NCBI RefSeq assembly: GCF_030867095.1
Contig: NC_081830.1
Coordinates: forward strand, 240,717-304,716
Length of the DNA: 64,000 bases
Direction: 5' to 3'
Source: Alligator mississippiensis
Taxonomy: Eukaryota
Shown piece by piece: positions 1-9,788 of this stretch (position 1 is the first letter of the stretch; each line of letters opens with the position of its first letter). The notes under the pieces are model-generated. The model searched no databases. It was not told the origin of the DNA and saw only the letters and a program-made list of their open reading frames with translations. A program made the translations under genes and the position numbers.

Positions 1-2003
1 AATCACAGCACTCACTTTTCCCAGTGCCATATAAGGCACTCTGTACAAGTTAATTGCTTAGTTCCAGGAAGGCCTAAAGTTATGCTAAGAGCCTGAGCAT
101 AACTCAGTTTGCCCGTTACAGTGACCATTGGGCCTAATTAGTGTGGGAACAGGGAAATATTCCAGGTAAGTCTGTGCTATTATGAAGCTTCCAAAATATC
201 ATATAATGAGCTGGGCTAGCATTGATGATGCTGACATCACTAAAGGGTTAAATAGCCTAAGCAAGTGAAATCACCGTTCACTGTCGGCGGTCTGATTCTC
301 CTGCGTGGATTTCTAAGGGAAGACCAAGCAATCGGACTTGGAACAACGGCAACCCGTGAAGCTCGCCCGGCGCGGCCGACTGGGAGCACCGCCTGGGTAC
401 CAGCTGTAGCCGGACTGTGATGCGGTGGAGTCACCTTAACACGCTCAGTCTTTGGTAACTGCCTGCTTATATCCTGGCAGTCTCAGTCAAGTTGACTACC
501 TGTATTCTGGCAACCCCAGTGGATGAATTGCTTTGTGTTTAATGGATCGTTTTTTTCAGTCAATTAAGCTTCTGACTGATAATTGGACGAGTGCCGGTCG
601 TTAATTGCATAGTTCTCCTCGCCCCCAGACAAGCAGGGCTCCAGTTTCAGCCCAATAAGCCCAACGCTGAGCATGGAGCACAGCAGCATCTCCAGAATAG
701 TAAGTTTGTAAGAGTGCTAGCCCTGAACACCTCAATATTTCAAACCTTCCTGTTTCTTATAGTTCATATTCCCCTTCCAGTACCTGTTCCCCCGCCCGCT
801 GCGCCCACCACCGCGGTGCTAAGCACTGCCCAGCACAGCAGCATCAGGAAAATGGTACATTTCCAACTTTCTGTTGTCTGGCATCTATCTACTCCTTGGC
901 CCTTCAATATTTCAAACCTTCCTATTTCTTACAATTCACAGAAGTGTGACGATTAGTTGAGGTGGACGCTGCGTGCCAGCCCGTCCCTGCAGACTATGAA
1001 GCATCCCGGTTGATATAGAGGTCATACATGCCCAACGGCCTCGGGGGGGGGGGGCAGGTTTCACCATTTTTTGGTTCAAACTCAAGTTCTTTTTTCTTCC
1101 CCTGCCTACACAACACTATGGACATCAGAGAGAGAACATTTTCAATACTGATACTATTGAGAAGCCACCTTTTTTTGTTAGGGTTATAAAACTTCAGGCA
1201 TTTGAAATTGTGTCAGTTGTTTTTTCTTTCATTGATCCATCCATCCACCCACACAAAGGCAGATTGAGTTTTGGGAGTGGGTGGGGTTGGTTGGTTGGGG
1301 GAAGTGCTGGCTGCACCTGCCTTTCTCGGCCTGGGGATCCTGTGCATGTATGCAAGATAGTTTCACAAAAGACAGGAGGTCACATGAGTCAGTCGCTGCT
1401 AACAAGCGTTTATAAGGTGGGGCAGTTATAGAGTCGCGGAATTACTGGAAAGATGGGAGGTCCTACAATGCTTCCTTTACCTGCAATCCCTAAGCCAGGA
1501 TCACCTTGCTGTAAGCATTAGTCAGCCCGTCGTCCCCCACCCCCTCCACCTGTCCACCCCAGAACCGGACAGACCAGAAGAAAAGCAGCAAGCGGCGATG
1601 CTTGGCCAGGCATGCATGCAGGGAGCGTGAGTGAGGCGAGTCTCAGGGGTGGGACTGAGACCGTTCCAAGTGCTGGCCCCGCCGCCTCGAAGGGCCGGGC
1701 ACATCGGTAGGGTTCAGAGTGAATGCGCCCCAAGCTGCTCTTCCAGGGCAGCTCCGCCTGGCACGGCGTGGGGGCTCTGCCCCTCCGCTCCACGCAGCGG
1801 CGCCCTAACAGCCAGGCTCCCTGCACCCGGAGCGCCCGGCTGCCCCCGGTAGGCCGCAGAGCGAACGCTGCTAGGGGTTCTCCTTCTGCAGGAGAACCCA
1901 CCTGTCTAGAGTGGTCCCCACATACCAGCAATCCTGGAGGCCATGACGCCTCCCCACAGCTGCCCTGGCTGCCCCTGGGAACAGACAAGCTGTGACCAAC
2001 CAC

Positions 2004-2009
2004 TTTATT
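2004..2009 (-). terminator. Polyadenylation signal (AATAAA on the minus strand) for the Cys-rich membrane-protein gene.
   Basis: TTTATT on the plus strand, about 120 nt downstream of the stop at 2125. Confidence 0.4.
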
Positions 2010-2124
2010 GTGTAAAAATAATCCAAGTTACATAAAAAAACAGGGAAGGCACCAGGGTAGAGAGGGGGGGCTCCCCAAGACACCGCCCCCCCTCAAGTGA
2101 GGGGCGGAGGGGCCCCGCGCCGCC

Positions 2125-2867
2125 TCACCGGAGCTTGACCTCGAAGCAGATGCAGTTGACGCTCTGGCAGTCGGGGGGCTGGCAGGCGCAGGCGCAGTCG
2201 CACAGGGGGCAGCAGCGTGGCAGGGGGGGGCAGGGGCCCAGCTCCCAGCCCTGGGGGAGGAGGACACAGGGGGAGGGAGGGAGGAAGGGAGGGGCGTCAC
2301 CCCCACGGGCCCTGCCCCGGGCAGCCCAAGCCCCGCCTCCCTGGAGGGGCGCAGAACCACACCCCACAGGCCCCACCCGCACGAGGGGCGGCCCCCAATA
2401 AGCCCTGCCCCCCACCCTGCTTCTGGCCCCAGCCCCCCCACTCACGTGCGGCCGGGGGCAGCAGGCGTCCAGGCAGGCGAAGGGCGAGGGCAGGGGCGCG
2501 GCGCAGCACGCGGGGGGCGCCCCCAGGCCCGCGCCCTCGCACCCGCAGCGCTCGGCGCAGCCGCCCCGCGCCTGGGGCAGAGCGCAGCATTAGCAGGGGG
2601 CCGCCCCGCCCGGCCCCCGCCCCGCACCCCCACCCCCGCCCCCATTACCAGCAGCCCCTGGCGCAGGGCGAGGAGCAGCAGCAGCCCCAGCAGGTAGGCG
2701 GCCACGGCCAGCAGCACCAGGGCGGGCAGCGGCAGGGGCAGCGGCGGGTCCGGGGGCCGCGTGGGCGCGGGGGGCAGCGCCTGCAGGGACACGAAGGGGT
2801 CGGGTCGGTGTGGCGGGCGGGCGGGCGGGCGGCTGGGCGCGGGGGCCGGCGGCGCACTCACCGTCAT
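2125..2867 (-). CDS. Unassigned small membrane protein gene (~156 aa). Three coding exons at 2649-2867, 2446-2571 and 2125-2250. Pro-rich N-terminus, one TM helix (LVLLAVAAYLLGLLLLLAL), then a Cys-rich cytoplasmic tail ending CPLCDCACACQPPDCQSVNCICFEVKLR.
   Basis: ATG at 2865-2867 (minus strand). Both introns are canonical GT-AG and keep the phase. The downstream ORF 2125..2445 starts exactly at the intron-1 donor GTG. TTTATT on the plus strand at 2004-2009 is a minus-strand AATAAA about 120 nt 3' of the stop. A CpG island lies upstream (3100-3500). No family recognised. Confidence 0.4.
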
Positions 2868-3992
2868 GGCGCGGGGTCCTGCGCGGCGGTGGCGGCGGCG
2901 CCCGGGGGCTCATCGGGGCCTGGCGGAGACAAGAGCTGGGGTCCCGCCGCGCCCGCGGCCGCCACTCTGGCCGCGCTGCCCACGGCCCCCACGACGCGTC
3001 CCCGCGCGCGCGCGCTGCCCGGCCCGCGCCCAGTCACGTGCGCCCCCCGGCCCCTCGAGAGCGCGTCACGAGCGGGCCGGGCCGGCATGTGTCGCCCCGC
3101 TTGTTCATCAGCGCACCCTGCGCAGTAATAAGGTCTCATGCATAACAATGAGCGGCACCGCCCCCTCATGAATATTCATTCCCCCCCGAGCGCGCTGCTC
3201 GGTAGCACGCGCCGGGCTCCCGCTCACCCTCTCCCCGCCGCGCGGCTCCAGCACCGCCTCGCCGTCACCATGGAGACCACGCGACAACGGCCGCCGGCAA
3301 GGGTCCAATGAGAGCCGCGGCGGCTTCTCGGAAATGACGTTGCCACACGCTCTCTGCGCCGGAACTGGCTCCTTAGCACGCCAGCACGTGGGACGAAAAG
3401 AGCTTGCTAATAGGCTAGCGGTCACCGCAGCAACCGCAGATGGGGCGGGGCGAGTAGAAGCCAATAGAAGGACGGTGTTGGCGGCACATGACACAGGGCA
3501 TTGACGGAGAGCCGCTTCAGCTTATCCAAGCGCGAGGGAAGCTGCTGCCCCGCCTGCATTATACCTCTGATTGGCTGAGAGTCCTTGACCATACTGGAGC
3601 ACAGGCATATAGGGATCCCGCCGCGTCAGGCTGCTTGGCCAAGCCATTGTACGCATGCGTAGCGGAAGGTATTGGCGGAGCAGACAGCGCCTGCGCACTG
3701 CAGGACGGCAACCATGACAGCGCAACATCTGCGCTTGCGCGTTGCCAGAGGAGCAGTGTGGAGTGCGCTTGCGCACTTGTCGACCCGCATTATCCACCTG
3801 TTTTCAACAATAGGCCCGGCCTACGTTCCCCTAGCTAAGCCCTGACCTCGACTCCAGAGGGGCCAACGGTGTTGTTTGCCCCCAGCTCCATGACCTTTAG
3901 CCCCACTTTTGTGAACTGCACGTGACCGGGGCGCTCCGTGACGTCACACTAGTTAGGCGTGGCCACCACTGCTCCACCCACTCCCACGTGCC

Positions 3993-4394
3993 ATGGTGGC
4001 CTGCGCGACGCGGTGCTGGCTCCTCCTCTCCGCCCTGGCCCAGCTCCTCGGCGTGCAGGGGCGGGGCCGCACGTGGCACGCCCCGCCCCTGAACGCCAGT
4101 GTCCCGCCCCAGGCACCGCCCCCGCGCCTCTGGTTCGATTACCCCGACGACGACGCGGGCCGCGTGCGCGCCGCCTACGAGCGCCTGGGCGAGCCGCCGC
4201 GCGCCCCCCTGCCCAGTGAGCCCCGCCGCACGCCGTGCCTCGCCCCGTCCCGTCCCGCGCGGCCTCGGCCCCTGACAGCCCGCCCGCCCCTCCCTCCCGC
4301 AGACCCGCTGCCCCGCCTGCTCCGCCGCGTCACGCTGGGCGCCGCCGGCCTCGTGCTGCTGCTGCTCCTGGCGCAGGTCGTGGCGCCGCTGTAG
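3993..4394 (+). CDS. Candidate small type-I membrane protein (~130 aa). Signal peptide MVACATRCWLLLSALAQLLGVQG, NAS glycosylation site, acidic DYPDDDAG patch, C-terminal TM LGAAGLVLLLLLAQVV. One in-frame GT-AG intron is possible (about 4216-4302). Possibly a FIMP/C16orf92-like gene.
   Basis: ORF with signal-peptide plus TM architecture. The (AATAAA)n run at 4751-4783 lies 360 nt 3' of the stop. It is adjacent and convergent to TLCD3B, as C16orf92 is adjacent to FAM57B in human. No direct sequence match was recalled. Confidence 0.3.
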   Translation: MVACATRCWLLLSALAQLLGVQGRGRTWHAPPLNASVPPQAPPPRLWFDYPDDDAGRVRAAYERLGEPPRAPLPSEPRRTPCLAPSRPARPRPLTARPPLPPADPLPRLLRRVTLGAAGLVLLLLLAQVVAPL

Positions 4395-4750
4395 GTGCCC
4401 CCGTCCCCCCGGCCCGGGCCGGCCCACCTCGCCGCCCCGCCCCACCCAGGGCCGGCCCCACCCCCCTGACCCCGCTGTCCCGCAGGCTGTCCCGGCGCAC
4501 ACACGAGGCGGAGCCGGCGCTGCGGTCCTCACAAGGCTCTTTAATAGGCGCGGCCGCGCCGGCCCCACCCCTGCTGGGGGGCGCGGGGGGGGGGGGAGGG
4601 GGCGCCGCCCCTCCCCCTGCTTATTGCTACGGTGGGGGGGGCCGCCCCGGAGGGGGGGCGGGGCAGCGGGGAGGCCCCGCCCCCTCCTGCCCGGCCCCCC
4701 TCTGCCCCATGACCGCTAGCGGGCCCCGCGCCGCGGCCCCGCCCCTCTCA

Positions 4751-4783
4751 GTAAATAAATAAATAAATAAATAAATAAATACG
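4751..4783. repeat. (AAAT)n microsatellite providing tandem AATAAA polyA signals on the plus strand.
   Basis: The sequence reads aaataaataaataaataaataaataaat. Confidence 0.9.
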
Positions 4784-4829
4784 TAGTGTGCCGTCAAACG
4801 GACACATCCGGCCCCGGAATCAATCGATA

Positions 4830-5110
4830 AATGAGGGAGGGGCGCGGCCTAACACTGTGGGCGGGGCGTGGCGGTGGGAGGGGCAGGACCCTCTCTCCGC
4901 TCGAAGGGAGGGTGTGGCTCAGACTGACCGGGGCGTGGCCTGTGCCCTGGGGGCGTGGCCTAACACTGAGGCGTGGCCTAGCACTGGGGGCGGGGTGGGA
5001 GCCAGGGCCATCTCCCCCTGGGGCGGGGCCTGTGCCCTGGAGCGGCCGTGGCTTAACACTGGGGGCGTGGCCTAGCAGTGGGTCAGCGCGGGAGAGCCGG
5101 GGCCCGCTCT
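4830..5110. repeat. Tandem array of about 58-bp units built on the motif GCGTGGCCTAACACTGRGG (about 5 copies).
   Basis: Repeated gcgtggcctaacactg / gcgtggcctagcactg / ggcttaacactg strings between the FIMP-like ORF and the TLCD3B 3' end. Confidence 0.7.
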
Positions 5111-5147
5111 CCCCGGGCGGGCGGCTCCGCCTGAGCCTGGGGCGGGG

Positions 5148-7599
5148 CTAGTCGGGGTGCGCGCGGGCGGGGCCGGCGCCCGGGCCGGGGGCTGGTGCGG
5201 CGGCGGGGGCGCGGAAGAGGCGCAGGGCCCCGCGGCAGATGAGGCCGAACCAGTAGAGCTGCGGCGCCAGGAGCAGCGCGGCCGCCGCGTTGTAGGCAGG
5301 CGGCAGCGCCAGCGGCACGGCCAGCAGCGGCAGCCCGGCGTGGCGCGCGTAGGCCCAGTACAGGTAGGGGAAGAGCAGCACGCGGCAGCAGAAGAAGGTG
5401 ACCAGCATGGCCGCGCCGTTCAGCTTGTGCAGCAGCGTGTGCTGCCGCTTGTACTGCGGGACACGCGGGTCAGTGCGGGGCCGCGGCGCGCCGCCCCCGC
5501 CCCGGCCTGGCCCGCCCCGCGCCCGGGGGGCACTCACCAGGATCAGCACCTTGCCCAGGCAGACGAAGGGCGTGCTCAGCTCGGCCATCAGCATGCAGCC
5601 CAGGAAGAAGTCGCCTTTGCCCTGGCGCCACAGCTGTGGGACACGGGGGTCAGCGCGGCCCGCATCTCCCGGCCCGGGGCTCCAGGCGTGCGGGCCGTGC
5701 TGCGGGGCGGGTGGGTACTCACGGCGGCCACGGGGAAGCAGACCAGCACCATGCAGAGGTGATGCAGCACCATGAGCAGCTCTTTGCGCAGGAAGGCGCG
5801 GGCGGCCGCCGCCAGCCCCCGGTCCGGCCCCGGCCCCGGCCCCGGCCCCGGGCCGCCGCGCGCCTGCAGCCGGCCCTTGTGCAGGTGGCACAGGAACATG
5901 GCGCCCAGGTCGTACACGAAGTAGGGCACCGCGAACTCGGGGTAGGCGCGGGCCAGCCAGTGTCTGCGGGCACAGCGCGGGCCGGGTCGGGGCGGCGGGG
6001 CCAGCCCGCCCGGGGGTGCTGGGAGCAGCCGGGGGTCACGGATCCCCGCTGCTGCCCCCGCGGTGCCCAGCAACCCCCCTTCCGCGACGCCCCGCCCCCG
6101 CCCCGCAGCCCCGCCCCGGGGCCAGGCCGTGCTGACTAGGCGGCTGCTCTGCGGGACGGGATTAGGCCGCGTGCCAGAGCCGCAGCCGGGACACTGCAGC
6201 AGCGGGGCTGCGGGGCCGAGCGGGGGGGTGGGGTGGGATGCGGGCGCAATTTTCCTACGACGCCCTGGCCCCCCTGTCCGCGGCGGGCGGGGAGGGGGAG
6301 CAGCACTCATTGTTTCCGGGCAGCGGGGGAGGGGCGGCCGGTGCAGGACCCCCCCCACAACGCCCCGCACACAGAGCGGAGCGAGGACCCAGGCGTCCGG
6401 GCAGCGCTGCTCGGCCGGCGCCGGCGAGAGCGGTGGGGATGGGGCTGGGGCCGCCGGGAGCACGGGCCTGCGGGCCCTGTCCGGTGCTGAAAGCAGCGCC
6501 GAGACTCGCCGCAGCACCACGGACAGCGGCAGCGCGGGCGCGGGCTCGGCCGGGCCTGGCTCCGGGGCCGAGGCGCGGGGTTGGGGGTCCCGGGGCCGGG
6601 GGCACTCACTGGTCATCGATGACGTGCTTGCAGGAGCTGGACACGATGTAGCCGGCCGTGGAGGCCATGACGGCCTGGATGGACGAGACCAGCCTGCGGG
6701 GGGGTTAGACGGCGTGTCCCGCACTCCCGACCCGCAGCCCCCGAGCCGGGCCGGGTGTCCCGCAGGCGCTGGGGGACGCCCCCCGGCAGGGCCCGCCCGT
6801 GCCCCTCCCCGGCCCCGCACCTGGCGGCCACGATGACGGCGTCGGGCTCGTCCCAGCGCAGCCCCGGCAGGCGCCGCAGCCCGGCCCGCGCCAGCAGGAA
6901 GAGCCCCGGGAAGAGCAGGCCCCCGGCCGCCAGCGCCCGCGGCATGGCCGCCAGGCCCGCTCAGCGGCGCGGCGGCCCGGGCCGGCGGGGGGCGCCGCGC
7001 ATGGCGGGCTGCGGCCGCTCGCACCCGGCGCCACCGAGCGAGCGGGCCGCGGGCATGGGCGGGGCTGCGGCGTCACGCAGGGGGCGGGGCAAGGGCGTCG
7101 CGGGGGGGCTGCGGGTCGGGAGTGCGGGGCACCGCTCGGGGTGGCGGTGGGGGGCGGGAGCGAGCAGCACCACTGGGGCAGGGGGTATCTGGGGTGTCCC
7201 ACAATGCCCCGGGGAGGTCAAGGTCAGGGGTGCCCCCCCGCCGCCCCAGGGCAGCGTGGGAATCCGCTCACGGCTAATCCCCGCCACACGGTGCCCCCCC
7301 AGCCCGAGTCACCCTGGAGTCACCTCGGGGGGCGCCGCCCCGTGGCTGCCCAGGGTCCTACCCCCGTCCCGCCGCGGACCCAGGTGCCCGGGCTGCCGAA
7401 ATGCCCGGCCGGGCTGAGGAGCCCTGGCCGCCCCCCGCCCCCCGCCCCGCGCCCCGGGCCTGGCGTGCGCTTACTTGGCGGCGAGGTAGGTGGCGTGCAG
7501 CGGGGGCAGGCGCAGCGGCGGGGCGCGCGCCAGGCCCCAGCGCAGCAGCACGAAGAGGCCCGGGAACAGCGCCCCCCCCGCCAGCAGCAGCAGCAGCAT
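5148..7599 (-). CDS. TLCD3B: TLC domain-containing protein 3B (FAM57B). Coding exons 5148-5453, 5538-5633, 5723-5963, 6610-6693, with alternative first coding exons 6821-6945 (MPRALAAGGLLFPGLFLLARAGLRRLPGLRWDEPDAVIVAA) or 7475-7599 (MLLLLLAGGALFPGLFVLLRWGLARAPPLRLPPLHATYLAA).
   Basis: Translation matches human FAM57B: LVSSIQAVMASTAGYIVSSSCKHVIDDQHWLARAY, FAVPYFVYD, QGKGDFFLGCMLMAELSTPFVCLGK, YKRQHTLLHKLNG, LLFPYLYWAY and LLAPQLYWF. All introns are GT-AG. The two first exons are each 125 nt and paralogous. Confidence 0.9.
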
Positions 7600-7899
7600 C
7601 TGCGGGGCAGCGCGTCACCCTCAGGCCGCCGCCCGGCCCGGCCCGGCCCTCACTGCTGGTCCGAGCCCGCCCCGGCGCCCAGCCCCTCCGAGACTCGCAG
7701 TGCCCTCGGCCGGGTGGAGCTCACCCTCCCCGCGCTGCCCCAGCCCAGCCCGGGATCGCCACCCAGCCCCGGGCATCCCGGCCGAGCCGCACCCCCGCAC
7801 CAGCCCCTCCAGCGCCCCACCCCCACACACACCAGCCCTGACCCCTGACCCCGCGACCCCCGGCCCCAAACTGCCCCCGCCCCCTGGCTGCGCGGACAC

Positions 7900-8480
7900 C
7901 ACATGAATATTCATGAGCGCGGACCTCAGGCTGGTGGGCCCTGCCGGGCTGCGATTGGCCGCCAGCCGCCCCCCCGCCCTCTCCGCCTCTCATTTGAATA
8001 CTGGGCTGCAGCCTGCGCCTCATTGGGCGACCCCCGGGCTGCCTGGCATACATTTGCATCTCATTACCATGCTGCAGCACCCCCGGGCCCGCGTCCCGCC
8101 GAGGTGGTGTCGGCCCGCCCGGGCGATGAATACATTTGCATCTCATTACCCGCCAGGCCCAGCCTCCGCCCCTAGCGCCGGGCCTGGGCACGGGCCGGGC
8201 CGCCGGCGGAGTCCTGCATCTCCCGGGGCAGCCGCCTCCGCACGTCTGCACCGCGGTACCTGGCTCATCGGGGGTCCGGGCGGGCCCCTCATCTGCATAC
8301 ATTTGCATGAGGCGACCGGGGCTCGCCCGGAAAGGAGTTAGTGCCTTGTGACCTCGCGGGGCCTCATTTCCATATATTCAAACGACACCCCCAGCGAGGC
8401 GCTTGACACATTCACGACCTCCCCCCCCCCCGCCCCGCGCGAGGAATACATCTGCATCTCATTATCCCGCCCTCCGTGAA
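7900..8480. promoter_or_regulatory. Cluster of 6-7 degenerate copies of a motif of about 21 bp, ATACATTTGCATCTCATTAYC, containing octamer (ATTTGCAT) and PORE/MORE-like cores (ATGAATATTCAT, TCATTTGAATA). It lies in the TLCD3B-MAZ intergenic CpG region.
   Basis: Copies at about 7903, 7988, 8047, 8127, 8289, 8364 and 8445. ATTTGCAT occurs 4 times in 580 bp. Confidence 0.45.
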
Positions 8481-8589
8481 TACTCAGTGAGGCTCCCCCT
8501 TCAGGGGACAGGCCCGAGGCGCGTCGCCATAGCAACAGGCGGGATCCCCAGGGCGCAGCGCTCATGCGCACACAGCCAGGTCCATAGGA

Positions 8590-8870
8590 GGCCCGCTTTC
8601 TACACTGCGCATGCGCCTCTCAGTGCGCCGGGAAGCTTGCGGAGGCAGGCCGGAGCGCATGCGCAGAAAGTGACCGTAGCCAAGGCTCGATAACGGGCGC
8701 GTAAGCTCACAGCGCATGCGGAATGGAAGTAAGCACACCCCCCCCCACCCCCTCCTTTGGGGGAAAGGAGGGAGGGGCGAGAATTGCGCGCTAGCACGCA
8801 GGCGCTGCATCCAGATAACGTTTCCTGCTCCCCTTTCAGACCCTGCCAACACGCATGCGCAGTCGACTCT
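8590..8870. promoter_or_regulatory. Four NRF1-type palindromes (GCGCATGCGC-like) upstream of MAZ.
   Basis: The strings are ctgcgcatgcgcc (about 8605), gagcgcatgcgcag (about 8655), cagcgcatgcgg (about 8712) and cacgcatgcgcag (about 8857). Confidence 0.5.
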
Positions 8871-9498
8871 CGGGTCCTGGCGGGGTCCCCCGCCGCGCAC
8901 GCGCCCCCTGGCCGGCGCCCCTGATTGGCCGGCGGGCGGGCCACGCGCCAAATACAAAGAGGCGCGAGGCAGCGCGGGCGGCTGGGCGAGAGCTAGGCTG
9001 CGGCCGCTGGGGTTGAGCGTAGCGCGGCCAGGGACGACGAGGAGCGACCCTGGCAGCCGGACGCCTGCGGGCGGTCGGGCGCGGGCGGTCGGGCTGAGGG
9101 GCCCGCGGGAGCCCGCAGGGAGCAGGTGGGCCCGCGCCAGGGCGAGAACGTTCCTATGCGACTCCTCTCCACAGCCGGCGTCTCGCCGCTCTTCCCACCA
9201 TGCGTTGCGGCGGCCCGACTAGTGCGCAGGCGCGGGCCCGCCCCTGGGCGCGGGAGGGGGGGGGAAGGAGGCCCGGCGCCATTTTCGTGGCTCGGCGCAT
9301 CGCAGCGCCGCCCTTGCCGCGCACAGCCACCGCCCCTGCAAGGCGGGCCCGGCCTGTACCAAGTCCCGCGGGTGGGGCCGGGCGGGTGGTAGCGCCCAGC
9401 CCTGGCGGCCGGGGCGGCAGTGGGCCGGAGCGCCTCGGCGGCCATTTTGTGAGGGAGGGTGGGGGGGCCGCGACCGTTAGGAGCGGGCGGGGCCGGCG

Positions 9499-9602
9499 GC
9501 CAATGAGTGCGCGGCCCACGTGGGGGGGAGGTGCCGGCCAATGAGGGCGCCGCACCACCCGGCGGCCTCTCTCCCCCCGGGCGCGGTGCCGTGCCAGCCA
9601 AT
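9499..9602 (+). promoter_or_regulatory. MAZ: MAZ proximal promoter with three forward CCAAT boxes (9499, 9538, 9598) and a CACGTG E-box (9516) inside a CpG island, 150-250 bp upstream of the ATG.
   Basis: The boxes read ggccaatgag, ggccaatgag and agccaatcag; the E-box reads cccacgtgg. Confidence 0.6.
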
Positions 9603-9752
9603 CAGCGCCGGCGCCGCGACCGCCCTCGCGCCGCCACCCGCCTGCTCCCGCCCGCCCGCTCCGCGCGCTCCCTCCGCCTCCCCCCGCCCGCGCCGCGCGC
9701 TCCCCGCCCCGCCCGCCGCCCGCGGGCCCGGCCGGGCCCCCCCCCCACCGAC

Positions 9753-9788
9753 ATGGACCCCGGCAACTGGAGCAGCTTCATCTTCCAG
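9753..9788 (+). CDS. MAZ: MAZ exon 1 (MDPGNWSSFIFQ).
   Basis: ATG in a CpG island; donor cag|gtaacg. Confidence 0.8.

Noticed and set aside
600-960. The about 170-bp tandem duplication at 677-955, with polypyrimidine-AG ends, as a pair of cassette exons.
   Set aside because: There is no convincing donor (taagtt, not gt), no homology in the short ORF 591..956, and no assignable gene in the first 2 kb. It is more likely a simple local duplication in intergenic DNA.
4751-4783. The (AAAT)n run as a shared bidirectional polyA signal for both the FIMP-like ORF and TLCD3B.
   Set aside because: The reverse complement (ATTT)n does not contain AATAAA. It only serves the plus-strand gene. The TLCD3B polyA signal was not located.
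5588-7024. Long ORFs in the provided track (for example 5588..7024 -, 9477..10550 -, 13337..14701 +, 30464..31447 -, 49840..51048 +, 60272..61292 +).
   Set aside because: They translate to low-complexity Ala/Gly/Pro/Arg strings, which is typical of stop-codon depletion at 70% GC. They overlap real exons of TLCD3B, MAZ, TAOK2, SEZ6L2 and HIRIP3 in other frames or strands, or overlap the G-rich minisatellite.
7900-8480. The octamer cluster as an snRNA (U1, U2, U4, U5, U6, 7SK) gene promoter.
   Set aside because: I found no sequence resembling any snRNA 5' end or body within 1 kb downstream on either strand.
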